From positions 90,231 to 154,230 of the forward strand of contig NW_013657613.1 in assembly GCF_000142905.1 (NCBI RefSeq): a stretch of 64,000 nt of DNA, written 5' to 3'. Origin of the DNA: Thecamonas trahens ATCC 50062 (lineage: Eukaryota > Protista > Apusomonadida). Shown piece by piece: positions 9,637 through 20,716 of this stretch. The notes beneath the pieces were generated by a model that worked only from the letters and a program-made list of their open reading frames with translations, had not been told where the DNA came from and did no database searches. Within the stretch, counting starts at the first letter, position 1. Every line of letters starts with the position of its first letter. A program made the translations under genes and the position numbers.

Positions 9637-11804
9637 CTACACCAGCAGCGCGTCTTGGTGCTTGCCTAGAAGTGCTTGCTCAAAGTTGGCGACGAGGCCC
9701 AGGTCAAACGGATTGAAGAAGCCACCGTCGTCGTCCTTGAAAATCTCGTAGCGGTCCGAGTTGAGCCGCTCGTTGGTGGTGAGGTTGCGTGAGGTCTGGT
9801 ACAGCATCTGGAAGGTGAGATGAACCATCCAGATGAGGAACGGCGTGTTCCAGACAACTGCAAGGCAGAGGAGCGGAGCGGTGTTGAGCATGGCGACGAG
9901 CGAGGTGAGCGAGGTCGGCGAGTACGGGGTGACAGAGGCGACAAGGTGGAGGAAGAGCAGCTCGGCGAGAGCAAAGAGAGCGACAAAGGCGACAAAGGCG
10001 CCCATGTTGTTCTTGCCGACGCAAACACCGAGCCAGGGACAATGGTGGTCGAATCGCTCAACGCAGACACCGCAGGTCGAGCAATGCTTTGAGCGCAGTG
10101 GCCGGATGATGAGGCAGGTCGGGCAGAGATTTGAGGGTTTCGTGCCTGCGGCGAGCATGTCACTCATGACCTCAGCCTGGGCGGCGGTGGGGACTATCCG
10201 CGGCGTCGTCCCAGGCTGCGAGTTGCGGAGCCAAAGAAAGATGCCCAGCGTGGCAAAGGAGAGAAGCCAGAAGAGGCAGAGCTCGAGCGGGGCGGCGACA
10301 AGCGCGGGCGGGACGATGTACATGACGACGGCCGGGACCGAGAGGAGGCTGGCCGCCGCAAAGATACCGATCTGTAGCGCCTCGATGTAGTGTGCAGTGA
10401 GGCGAGCATTGGAGACCTCGCCGTCGCCGTCGGGCGTGCTGAGCGCGAGCCACGAGTGCTTGTTGGCGTACCGAACAATGCCGGTAAAGACCTTGAAGCC
10501 AAAGGAGACGAGGACGAGGATGGTGAAGAGCGCAAAGAGCGGGTGCATGACTGCAGCTACGCCGGCACACGCTGCCACCATCACGCACGCCAGGGTGCTC
10601 ACAACCCGTTCTGACGATGTGGCCAGTGGCCGGCCACACGCGTTCACACCGACCTTCGAGACCGAGAGCCTCGGCGGGACGAGGGCTTGCTCGACAAAAC
10701 CTCCGTGCTCGCGCAGCGGGGTGATCTTGCCGCCTGCGGCCGTGGCAAAGCGCTCGGCAGCCTCGAGGAGCGAGACGACCTTGGGCGCGCCGACGGCACG
10801 GGCCCAACCAATCGGGGTCTCGCCGTCGGAGCAGTGGGCGGCTAGGACGGAAGCGAGGGCGTCGGGCGAGGTCGCGAGGGCCGAGACCAGAAGCTCGGCC
10901 GGCCGCTCGTGCTTCATGGCTGCTGCCCAGTGCAGAGCAGTCATCCCATCAGCTCTGCACGGCACATCGATCCGAGCTCCGGCGCGCAGCATGAGCGCCA
11001 CCATGGCGGACGACCCTTCGTACGCCGCACGCATTAGCGGGGTGTGCCCCTGCTCATCGCGGACTTCGCAGTCTGCGCCTGCATCCAGGAGCACCATAGC
11101 CGGAAAGACACAGCTGGCGGCCACGGCAGCGTGAAGAGCAGTAACTCCGTGGCCATCAGCTCCGTTGACATCCGCGCCAAGCGCAAGAACCCAGCGCGTT
11201 GCGCGGACCGATCCGGAGAGCGCCGCCACTGTCAGCAGCGGCGGCGAGAAAGCGCCTGGAGTCGTCAAGCAAGGAAGAGCGCCAGTCTCCATCACAGCCT
11301 CAGCCATGGCAACACTCGGTCTTCCCAACGCCGCATGAAGCAGCGATCTGCCGATGCGAGGCCCAAACGCAAGTTGCTCTGTCTCTGCCTTTGCCATCAG
11401 CGCCCGTGCCTCTGCCAGCGATCCATGAGCCACCGCCTTGACGAGTTGTGGAGCCGGATGCGAGTGTCCATGCTACTACCAGCACCAGTTTGGCCAGTCC
11501 CAGCAGCAGCTCGATCAGTCCCAGCAGCAGCTCGATCAGTCCCAGCAGCAGCTCGATCAGTCCCAGCAGCAGCTCGATCAGCCCCAGCAGCAGCTCGACC
11601 ACCATCACCATCCCTACAACCATCACCATTCCCACAGCCATCACCATCTCCACAGCCATCATCGTGATCCACTTGCCTATCTCTTCTCCCAGCACCCGTC
11701 AGAGCAAGCGCCGTCGACTCGAGCGGTAGCGTCTCGCCCTGTGCAGCACGAAGACTCGGTCCTGCGAGACTCGCCCATACGCCTTCCAGGTCCGAAGCGG
11801 TCAT
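9637..11804 (-). CDS. Ankyrin-repeat DHHC palmitoyltransferase (AKR1/ZDHHC17-like); 5' structure uncertain
   Basis: Ankyrin repeats (GVTALHAA, GHTPLMRA, GMTALHWA) and the DHHC-CRD CPTCLIIRPLRSKHC..C..CVERFDHHCPW, with TTNE and NPFD. The main frame is open from 11472. It joins ATG 11804 either by an intron 11780-11473 (GTATGG..TAG) or by a 1-nt frameshift. Confidence 0.92.
11495..11598. repeat. 21-bp tandem repeat CAGTCCCAGCAGCAGCTCGAT, ~5 copies
   Basis: Read directly in the 5' region of the DHHC gene. Confidence 0.9.
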
Positions 11805-11980
11805 GGAGGTGGGGAGGGGAGGGTATGAAGATGTGGTGTGTGGTGATGTGTGTGTGCGTGGTGATGTGTGTGTATGTGTGTGTGTGTATGGGCAGTGAGT
11901 GCGGGTGGCGGATGTGGGTGGCGGTGTTTGAGAGGGTTTGGGCCTGCGGATGTGTGTTTTCTGAATTGTGTATGGTACGG

Positions 11981-12380
11981 ACGGATTGTGTGCAGATCAT
12001 ACGGATTGTGCGCAGATCATACGGATTGTGTGCAGATCATACGGATTGTGCGCAGATCATACGGATTGTGCGCAGATCATACGGATTGTGCGCAGATCAT
12101 ACGGATTGTGTGCAGATCATACGGATTGTGTGCAGATCATACGGATTGTGCGCAGATCATACGGATTGTGCGCAGATCATACGGATTGTGTGCAGATCAT
12201 ACGGATTGTGCGCAGATCATACGGATTGTGTGCAGATCATACGGATTGTGCGCAGATCATACGGATTGTGCGCAGATCATACGGATTGTGTGCAGATCAT
12301 ACGGATTGTGTGCAGATCATACGGATTGTGCGCAGATCATACGGATTGTGCGCAGATCATACGGATTGTGCGCAGATCAT
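11981..12380. repeat. 20-bp minisatellite ACGGATTGTG(C/T)GCAGATCAT x20
   Basis: 20 contiguous units with a single variable position and no spacers. Confidence 0.98.
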
Positions 12381-12716
12381 AACGATGGATGATGGGATCG
12401 ACATGGCTTTGGGTATGTGTTGGAAGTATGTGTATTTCTGATGTTGGGGTTACGGCGGCGGAGAGGCGGGTGGGGTTACCCATCGCATCCCATCGCATCC
12501 CTCTCCCCTTGCCATCTCCACACTGTCATCATCGAACTGATAAAAGGCATGTCGACCACGAAATGGGCCAAACATGTCCCTCCTTCCCCACCGCAGCGTT
12601 ATCACCACCACCATGAGTCAATGTCATGATCATGATCACCGCCACGATCGATCACCCCCATGATCGATCACCCCCCCTCCGCCCACCCCGCCCTCGCCCA
12701 CACCCCACTCACCATC

Positions 12717-14373
12717 ATGTCATCGTCTGCAAGCCCGATGTGTGTGGCCGCAGGAGAGTCTGTCTGTGTGAGCATGGGCGTGGGTACGTATGGAGAGCAT
12801 GTGTGGGTGAGTGTGGGGAGTGTGGGGTGGCGGAGGGGGGGGGAAGGTGCCGAAGAAGGTCGCAGTTTTGGCGCGAGCACGACTCACACATTCACACACG
12901 TATGGGCGTGGGTCGGGGGGGGGGTCCGGGGGGGGGTCCGGGGGGGGGGATGGCTGGTATGGGTATGGGTGGGAGATAGTGGAGGCGCTGCTGTTCCCCG
13001 AAGTGAGTGAGTACATCGACGACATCAAGGCGGCTGTGGCAGCCTTTCTCGGCTTCTTCACCCCATACGAGCTAGCTGTGGCAGCCAGTATTCGACCGGT
13101 GGCGGTGGCTGAGGACAAGGCCATGGCTATCGAGTCCAACGAGGGCTTGCTGGCGTACATGAGAGCCAATGTGAAGCGGTTGGACATCGAAGTGGCATAC
13201 TCGCCAGCAGATGCAAGGGCTGACCCCGAGGTCATGGTCAAGATCGCACGTCCAGGGATCGGCGCGGGCGAGGTCTATCCGTTGGAGATTGTGGCCTACA
13301 AGCTGAGCCACGATGGTGTGGCTGAAGAGATGGACGATGCTGGCGAGTTTGCCTCGGCCTCGCACTGGGTTCTCCCAGCGGTGGAGTTTGATGGCGTGTG
13401 GGAGTCGCTCGTCTATGACTCGGCCATCAAGGCAAATCTGGTGCGGTACGTCCAGGTGGCGATGCAGCTCTCGGACGCCGGTGTCGACACCAATTTGGTG
13501 GCCTTTAACCGGGTGGTGCTTCTGCATGGCCCGCCGGGAACCGGCAAGACCTCGCTGTGCAAGGCGCTTGCCCACAAGCTTGCCATCCGGCTCTCGTCGC
13601 GGTACGCCCACGGGCAGCTGATCGAGATCAACGCGCACTCGCTCTTCTCCAAGTGGTTCTCCGAGTCGGGCAAGCTCGTCACCAGGCTCTTCTCCATGAT
13701 TCGCGAGCTGGTCGCCGACTCGGACACCTTTGTCGTCGTTCTCATCGACGAGGTCGAGTCCCTGACCGCGGCGCGGACGTCGGCGCTGGCCGGGACTGAG
13801 CCGTCTGACTCGATCCGGGTCGTCAACGCCCTGCTCACCCAGATCGACCTCATCAAGGCATACCCGAACGTCGCCATTCTCACGACGTCTAACATCACTG
13901 GGGCCATCGACCTCGCCTTTGTCGACCGGGCGGACATTAAGCAGTTCATCGGCCTGCCTTCGCGCTCGGCGCGCTACGGCATCCTCGCGTCGTCGGTGAC
14001 CGATCTCATGCGAGCCGGCGTTGTCCAAGCGCCGACCGCTGGGCCGACAGGCTGCATCTCTGGTGCCGGTCCATTCTTCTTTGCCTACGACGAGCTGATG
14101 GCTGCTGAGGCCTCGGACGCGCTGGCGGTCTCGCTCGCCCTCCTCGACGTGGCCGATGCTGCCCAGGGCCTCTCGGGCCGCTCGCTGCGCAAGCTCCCGG
14201 TCGCCGCCCTCGTCGCCGTCTCATCGGCCACCCAGCTCAACGTCGCCGCTGACATCTTCCTCGCAGGCCTTCTCGCGGCCGCCGAGGCCGAGATGGCCTC
14301 TCGCGCTGCCCTCGACGCGCCGCCCGACACCGCCGCCCACGGCGCTGATGACATTCCGCGCGCCCGGGCCTGA
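12717..14373 (+). CDS. TRIP13: Pachytene checkpoint AAA+ ATPase PCH2/TRIP13; 2 exons
   Basis: Exons 12717-12783 and 12980-14373, intron GTACGT...TAG in phase 1. Motifs LPAVEFDGVWESLVYD, NRVVLLHGPPGTGKTSLCKALA, EINAHSLFSKWFSESGKLV, IDEVESL, DSIRVVNALLTQID and SGRSLRKLP. Confidence 0.96.
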
Positions 14374-14659
14374 CGCCCCCAGGCGTGCTTAGCTCAGACC
14401 TGAACTGCCCGAGCCTGATGCGCACGTAGCCTTCTCCCTCTCCCGCCCTTCCACAGCCTGGGGACAAGGAGGGCGAGAACGGTTGCGCTGACGCGAGCAT
14501 TGATTGTGGGGAGAGTTAACGATTATGTCAAAGAGACCATTGATTACGACGAGTCTACGATTACTCGGACGAGACCATTGATTAAACTCACCGCTCTCAT
14601 CCCCCCCTCTCCCCCCCCCTCCTCCCCCCCCCGTACCCGCACCCCTCTCATCCCCCTTC

Positions 14660-15802
14660 ATGCTCAGAATATCTCGTGGGAGCCTCGGCCGCCTCGCTAG
14701 CGGACGTCTCGCTATGGTCGCGCGGCCTGGAGCAGCTGGCGGCAGCGAGAGTGAGTCGCAAGCAGAGTCATCGCCTCGGGCGGCAGCCATAATGGGGCCG
14801 ACTGGGCCGACTGGGCCGACTGGGCCGACTGGGGCGATGGGCGCAATGGGCGCGATGGGCACTGTGGCGATGCGACGATGGATGTCGGACATGGTCCCGC
14901 TGCCGCCGGGAGTGGTCGATGGCGTGGCTGAGGACAAGGGCCGTCTGCTGGCGGCGAGCTCGGCGTGGGATGCTGGTGCGACGCTGCTGGTGGAAGAGCC
15001 CTTTGTCTGGGTCCCCAACCCGAGCGCTCTCAACTCGCTCTGCACACACTGCTTGGCCGATCTGGAGCCGGCGGCCTCGTTTGGCTGCCCTTCGTGCGAC
15101 CGGCCCATCTTCTGCTCGGGATCGTGTCACGCCATGGCTGCCTCGGGCTACCACGGCCTCGAGTGCGAGGCCTGGGGCCTTTATGAGCGCGATGAGGCTG
15201 CGCCGGACGCCTCGCCGCCGCTTTATCGCACGCTGCGGCACTCACGTCACACGCTTCTTGCTGCACGGTACGTCTCGATGCTGATGTCCCATCTCAAGCG
15301 CGGCGACATGGACGAGGTCTCCACCCTCAACACCCAGATCGGAGAGCTCATGGGTCGTGGCATCTCGTTTGCCGATGATCCTGCGCTCCTCGCCGCCCAC
15401 AAGGGCCTGGCCAAGACCGTTCTCGCCGAAGGCGACAACGCTACAGCCTTTGACGCCAAGTGGTTCGACGTGCTCATGGGCAAGTTCCAGCTCAACTCGT
15501 TCAAGATCGAGGTCCCGGCGCCCGATGGCGGCTGGCGCGACCTGGGTGTCGGCCTCTACCGCCACGCCTCCAAGATCAATCACTCTTGCGAGCCGAATGT
15601 CCAGGTCCAGTTTGGCGCAAACGCTCGCAAGCCGGCCAAGCTCACACTTGTGGCGCTCGCAGACATTGCTCCGGGCGACGAGCTGTGCATCGCCTACTGT
15701 GACCCGGACGAGACCATCTCGCAGCGTGATCACTATCTGGCCACAGCCTACGGCTTTGACTGTGGCTGCGCCAAGTGTCTTCGCGAGCGGAGCAAGGCGT
15801 AA
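14660..15802 (+). CDS. SMYD-type SET/MYND lysine methyltransferase
   Basis: Split SET domain (DKGRLLAA...GATLLVEEP). MYND cysteines (CTHC, CPSC, FCSGSC, H..EC). Motifs SKINHSCEPN and GDELCIAY, and post-SET YGFDCGCAKC. Confidence 0.92.
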   Translation: MLRISRGSLGRLASGRLAMVARPGAAGGSESESQAESSPRAAAIMGPTGPTGPTGPTGAMGAMGAMGTVAMRRWMSDMVPLPPGVVDGVAEDKGRLLAASSAWDAGATLLVEEPFVWVPNPSALNSLCTHCLADLEPAASFGCPSCDRPIFCSGSCHAMAASGYHGLECEAWGLYERDEAAPDASPPLYRTLRHSRHTLLAARYVSMLMSHLKRGDMDEVSTLNTQIGELMGRGISFADDPALLAAHKGLAKTVLAEGDNATAFDAKWFDVLMGKFQLNSFKIEVPAPDGGWRDLGVGLYRHASKINHSCEPNVQVQFGANARKPAKLTLVALADIAPGDELCIAYCDPDETISQRDHYLATAYGFDCGCAKCLRERSKA

Positions 15803-15862
15803 ACCGGGGATCAGACTGCTGTTGCTATCTTCCCACAACCGCGAGGAGTTTACAGCCGCAAC

Positions 15863-18805
15863 TTACTTGGGCAGCGAGTACATGCCGTCAGCAAAGGCGA
15901 GCTCCTCCTTGCGGACGAGCGTATTGAGGAACGAGATGAGCTCGTTGAGCGAAGCGGTGTAGCCCGAGTTGGCCACAAACATCTTGAGCATGTTGTGGAT
16001 GCGCTCGGCGGGCAGTGCGCCGAGGTTGCCGAGCATACCGTTGACGTACGACTGGTAGACCCGCATCTCCTCAGCCTTTTGGTCCTCGAGCGAGGCGACG
16101 CCCGAGTCGGCGTCCATGCCGCCGGCGCCGCCGGCCGACGAGCTCGGTGCGTCGCCCAGGACCGAGACCGAGGCGTAGCACTCGTCGCCAGCGTCGACAA
16201 CGACCGAGGCGGCGAGCCAGTAGACCATCTGCTTGCGCAGGAGCGCGACGTCGATGCCGACAACCTTGGCCAGCGCCCGTGCCGGCCAGGTGACGGTGCC
16301 GTCAACGGCGATGCTGGCGCCACCGACGGCTGCAGCCGTCTTGGCGTCAAAGTACGAGATGATGGTGGCCAGCAGCGGCGAGACCGTCACCTCGAGCTCG
16401 GTGTCGTCAAACTCGAGCGTCAAGCTGACCGAGCCGAGGTTGGGCAGGAAGCTCAGCGTCCGCGGCGTCTTGAGCGAGTGGAACGCCTTGGCGTACGTCT
16501 CCATCTGCGCTGCCATGGCCGGTGGGAGCTGGAAGTTGACTTCCTTGAGCGGCGGCCAGAAGAGGCGAGAGATGACAGTGCCTGAAACCACGAGCTCGTT
16601 GTCGCCGCCGCCCTCGTGGGAGTGGACGTACGCGTTGATCCGCTTCGAGTCGGCGAGATCCTTGAGCATGACCTCGGCCGGCTGCATCGAGCTCTCGCCG
16701 AACCGCAGCTTGAGGAGCTCAGAGTTGCGGACCTGATCGTCGGTGTTGTAGTCGGTGATGGCGAGGAGCTTGGAGGCAAGCAGAACCTTGTACTCGGAGA
16801 CAAACAGCTCCTGTGAGCCGTAGATGTTGACCAGCATGGCCAAGATGTCGGTCCGCGCCGCGGGCGCCGTAGTCGTCGCGCTCAACGCGCCCGACTCGAG
16901 CGGTGCCGGCGTCCAGTTGTCGTAGTCCTCATTTGCTGCGCCACCGCCGCGTCCGCCGCCGACACCGCTGCCGGTCGGGCCCGACGCGGAGACCAATTCG
17001 CCGCCGAGGAGCGAGGTTGGTGACGGGTCGGTGAGCGAGGTGACCACGCACCGGATGGTGTCCTCGCGGTTCTTGAGATAGTTGCGGATGCCGTGCGAGA
17101 CCGAATCGAGCATGACACCCGACGGGTCCAGCCGAGTCAGCACTTTGATCGACGACACGTACTGCCCCAAGATGTCGACCGTGTTGGCGCCAAGATGCAG
17201 CAGACGCTTGTCAAACGCCGCAGAGAGCACGTCAACCAGCCGCTCGTGCTGCCATGTCCGCGCCAGTGCCCGCCGCAGGTCCTCGACTGCCGGCGCTGAG
17301 TCGGGAAAGTCTACAATAATGTCAAAGAGCTCGCGGATGCGGAGCTCTCCAAAGGCCTCATACATATGAAACCATAGCCGCTCACGGAGATGCGCCACCG
17401 TGGCATTCCCGCAGCCCTTGACAACAGCCTCAACGGCTACGGCCACATCAGCCTCCATCCACCGAATGAGCTCATCGAGCCACGCCTCTTCGAACTCTCC
17501 CTTGGCCTGCGAGAGGATGTGCGCCTCGACAACCCGGTACAGCAACTGGGTCACCACTGACACCGACGCCTGTGCAAGGCCCAGCACCGACAGCTGGTGC
17601 ATGAGCTGGGTGAGACTATCGAGGCCAAGAACTGCCGAGCCTGCACTTGTGGCCGCCTCATCCTCATCGTCATTCTCCGCGTCGTCGTCCTCATCGTCAT
17701 ACTCCTCATCGTCGTCGTCGCGGCACACCACGCTGAGCCCAAAGACGAGCAGTGCCTCCTTGTACACCACCGCCATGACTTCTTCAAACAGTGTGTGTGG
17801 CAGTGCAACCTGAAGAGCAGCTTGGAGGCCCGCGAGCGCAGCGGTTTGCCTCGACTCAGCTGCCTCGGGCGTGATGCCCAGCGCGGCGGCCAGCGTGTCG
17901 AGCGCCGTTGCCACGGCTTCAAACAGGCCCACGATCTTGCCAGTGGCCTCGATAACGCTCCCAACAACAACGCCCGCCTCGTCATCACATCCGCGCTTGG
18001 CCTCTAGCACTTCTAGCAAGCCGCTCCATACGTCTCGCGCTCGCTGTGGCGGCAGGGCTTCATCTGCAATTGCGCGCGCGTACGCCGAGAACAGCGCCTC
18101 GGCCTCAGCGCCTGTCCCGACAGTCCCAGCCGCCTCCAGGGCCATCTCTGTGTGCCATACGTATGTGAGTGAATGTGGAGTCTACGGCCGATCTGTGCCC
18201 CAAGCGCAGACCAGTCTATGTCCTAGCTAGCTCAGCTCAGCCTAGCACAGCGCAGTGCAGCCACAAGCCGACCAGTTGATGTCCGGATCAGCTCAGCCGA
18301 GGTCACCGCAGTGCAGCTACGATCCGACCAGTTGATGTCCGGATCAGCTCAGCCGAGGTCACCGCAGTGCAGCTACGAGCCGACCAGTTGATGTCCGGAT
18401 CAGCTCAGCCGAGGTCACCGCAGTGCAGCTACGAGCCGACCAGTTGATGTCTGGATCAGCTCAGCCGAGGTCACCGCAGTGCAGCTACGAGCCGACCAGT
18501 TGATGTCCGGATCAGCTCAGTCTCACCCAGCCCAGCCACGACCAGCCTCAGATCAACCCATGTTCGACCAGCCTCAGATCAACCCATGTTCGACCAGCCT
18601 CGCCCAGCCCAGCCATCCCAGGCCATTCCAGACTCCCTCCCTTCCTCCCCCCCCCCTTCCCCCCCTTCCCCCCCCCTCCCCCCTTCCCCCTCCTCCCTTG
18701 TCACGTACCGAGTGGCAGGGTGGGGTCCTGGGCATGGCGGTAGAGGACGGACCATGCCTCGGTGGGTGGTGCACACCCCGGTGGTACCGTCCGCAGAGCA
18801 AACAT
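15863..18805 (-). CDS. ANAPC2: Anaphase-promoting complex subunit 2 (cullin-like); 2 exons
   Basis: Motifs LRIRELFDIIVDFPDS, RLLHLGANTVDIL, LVNIYGSQELFVSEY, ELLKLRFGE and EVMLKDLADSKRIN, plus a C-terminal WHB domain. Upstream exon 18805-18709 (MFALRT...DPTLPL) joins through intron 18708-18148 (GTACGT...ACTCAC...CAG, phase 1) in frame to EMALEAAG. Confidence 0.95.
18251..18520. repeat. 56-bp minisatellite, ~4.5 copies, in the APC2 intron
   Basis: Unit CCGACCAGTTGATGTCCGGATCAGCTCAGCCGAGGTCACCGCAGTGCAGCTACGAG starts at 18268, 18324, 18380, 18436 and 18492. A ~26-bp duplication follows at ~18540-18600. Confidence 0.95.
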
Positions 18806-18871
18806 GGTGGTGGTGGTGGTGGTGGTGGTGGTGGTGGTGGTGGTGGTGGTGGTGGTGGTGGTGGTGGTGGT
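18806..18871. repeat. (GGT)n microsatellite abutting the APC2 start codon
   Basis: About 22 units, read as (CCA)n-CC-ATG on the coding strand. Confidence 0.95.
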
Positions 18872-19084
18872 GAAGTGGGTGGCCTTGTCCTTGCCCTGCC
18901 CTTAGGTCGGTGGCGCCGTGGTTGGCGCCAACTCACTCGCTACTGGCACTCACTGGCATCTTCAAATTGCTGGTGGTCGGGAGCGAATGGTGAGAGGGAT
19001 GATGAGGAGAACATGCACAGTGTGTGTAGAGGGATTTAAAAAAAAGGACCAAGATCGGCTGTTTCTGGGTGTTGATGGTCTTCT

Positions 19085-20716
19085 CTACAAGTCGTCCTTG
19101 GCAGCCTTGGCGGCCTTGGCGGCCTTGGCGGCTTCGACTTGAGCCTTGAGCTCAACGATGTGGTCCGAGATCATGCGGAGGTTGTGGGAGAGGACTCGCT
19201 TCTCGCCCATGGCGACGATACGGGCCATGCGGAGCCGGATGGAGAGAGCGGCGACGTCATCGTCAGACATGGCCTCGTCGTCAGCCAGGGTGGTGGGGAA
19301 CCTGGCGAGGAGGCCGGCAAGGAGCTTGGCGGCAGCCTTGTGGGCCCGGAGCTCGGTGACGGCGTCCAGCGGGTCGTAGAACGAAATGCTGTTGGCCACG
19401 CTCGGCGCGTCGTTGTAGGCAGTGAGGAGCGTCGAGGGGAGCTTGGCGATGCGGAAAAAGGCGATGAGGTCAGGATGGATCTCGTCCTGGAGATCAAGCT
19501 CGATGGCATCCTTGGCGCGGAAGCGCGCGTTCTTGAGCACCACGCTCCGCTCCACAAACCGAGGGTCCGACTCGGCAAGCTCGACGTCGACGGTGACCCT
19601 CGGTGAAGGATGGTTGACAAAGACCACGTTGTGGCGATAGAGCATGTCGGTGTTCGACGCCATGCCGGCCGGCTTCTGCAGGACATCACCGGCGGCGGTC
19701 GGGACCGACGACATGATGCGGACCCGTCCGTTGACCACGGTCGTGTATGCCTGGCCAGTGTAGTTGTGCGAGATGAGGTCAAGAAGCGGAACAATGGCCA
19801 CCTCCTTGCCGCGGTTCTTGCCGTCCTTGTCGGTGTCAAGATGGAGCTTGACCGACCGCGCCCATACCGTCGCCCACGCCCACGCCACGTTGCGCTTGGT
19901 GAATACGTGCGGCGGGAAGAGGTGCGGCTCGACCTGGGTCAGCGGCTTGACCACCGTGGTGTACAGCCTCTTCACATCGGCCAGATCCATCTCGTGGAAC
20001 TTGGCAATGCGCGTTCCGGCCAGTGCCGCCAGCTCCTCGTCGGTCCAGAACAGCGTCGTGTCGAGCTGCCGCGGGAGCAGCTGGATGTACGGCGCAAACT
20101 CGGACGACGGCCCGGCCAGAAACGTCTCAAACACCAGATGCAGAATGAGCGCCGTCCGCGAGTCAATCGAACGCGCCGCATCTGTCGAGAGAAACTTGCC
20201 CAGTGCCGACCGCAGCGCCGACTTGTGCGACATGATCTTGGACGCCGGAATGACCGCCGTGATCTCGCTCATCGATGAGCTCTCTCCGCCGTTAGAGGCG
20301 CCATCCTTCGGCCGCGAGGCTTGGACAGCCACCTTGGACGGGCAACTGGGACAGAGGCTCAGAACCAGCCGCCACTTGCTCCGACTGACGCCCGAGGGAC
20401 GAAGCCAAGTCATAAAGTCCTCGAGCAGCTCCACAGTCGGGGTCTCCTTCTCTGCCGTCAGCGCCTTGAGGCTACTGGCCAGCATCTCCGAGTGCTGCAA
20501 CGGACCCCACATGATATCACTCCGAACACCACGTGGAGCCTCATCTTCCAAATCATAATGATGATCATCACCATTGTCCGACACCTTGCTCTCCGACTGA
20601 CTCGTCGTCTTGCTCTCCGCAGACGCCAGCACCACAGCAAAGGCAGCCACCACGGCTACAACCAGCACGGCCACACGCATCACATTCACATATCCTCTTC
20701 CACTTCCAGACACCAT
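19085..20716 (-). CDS. Rubisco-LSMT/SETD3-family SET-domain protein with signal peptide and C-terminal KDDL
   Basis: Motifs SEFAPYIQLLP, FWTDEELAALAGT, WAWATVWARS, PLLDLISH and FPTTLADDE..RLRMA...EKRVL (LSMT substrate-binding domain). Hydrophobic N-terminus MRVAVLVVAVVAAFAVVLASA. Confidence 0.88.
   Translation of the reverse strand: MVSGSGRGYVNVMRVAVLVVAVVAAFAVVLASAESKTTSQSESKVSDNGDDHHYDLEDEAPRGVRSDIMWGPLQHSEMLASSLKALTAEKETPTVELLEDFMTWLRPSGVSRSKWRLVLSLCPSCPSKVAVQASRPKDGASNGGESSSMSEITAVIPASKIMSHKSALRSALGKFLSTDAARSIDSRTALILHLVFETFLAGPSSEFAPYIQLLPRQLDTTLFWTDEELAALAGTRIAKFHEMDLADVKRLYTTVVKPLTQVEPHLFPPHVFTKRNVAWAWATVWARSVKLHLDTDKDGKNRGKEVAIVPLLDLISHNYTGQAYTTVVNGRVRIMSSVPTAAGDVLQKPAGMASNTDMLYRHNVVFVNHPSPRVTVDVELAESDPRFVERSVVLKNARFRAKDAIELDLQDEIHPDLIAFFRIAKLPSTLLTAYNDAPSVANSISFYDPLDAVTELRAHKAAAKLLAGLLARFPTTLADDEAMSDDDVAALSIRLRMARIVAMGEKRVLSHNLRMISDHIVELKAQVEAAKAAKAAKAAKDDL

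Noticed and set aside
11981-12380. CRISPR-like array
   Set aside because: The units are contiguous with no unique spacers, there are no cas genes, and the context is eukaryotic.
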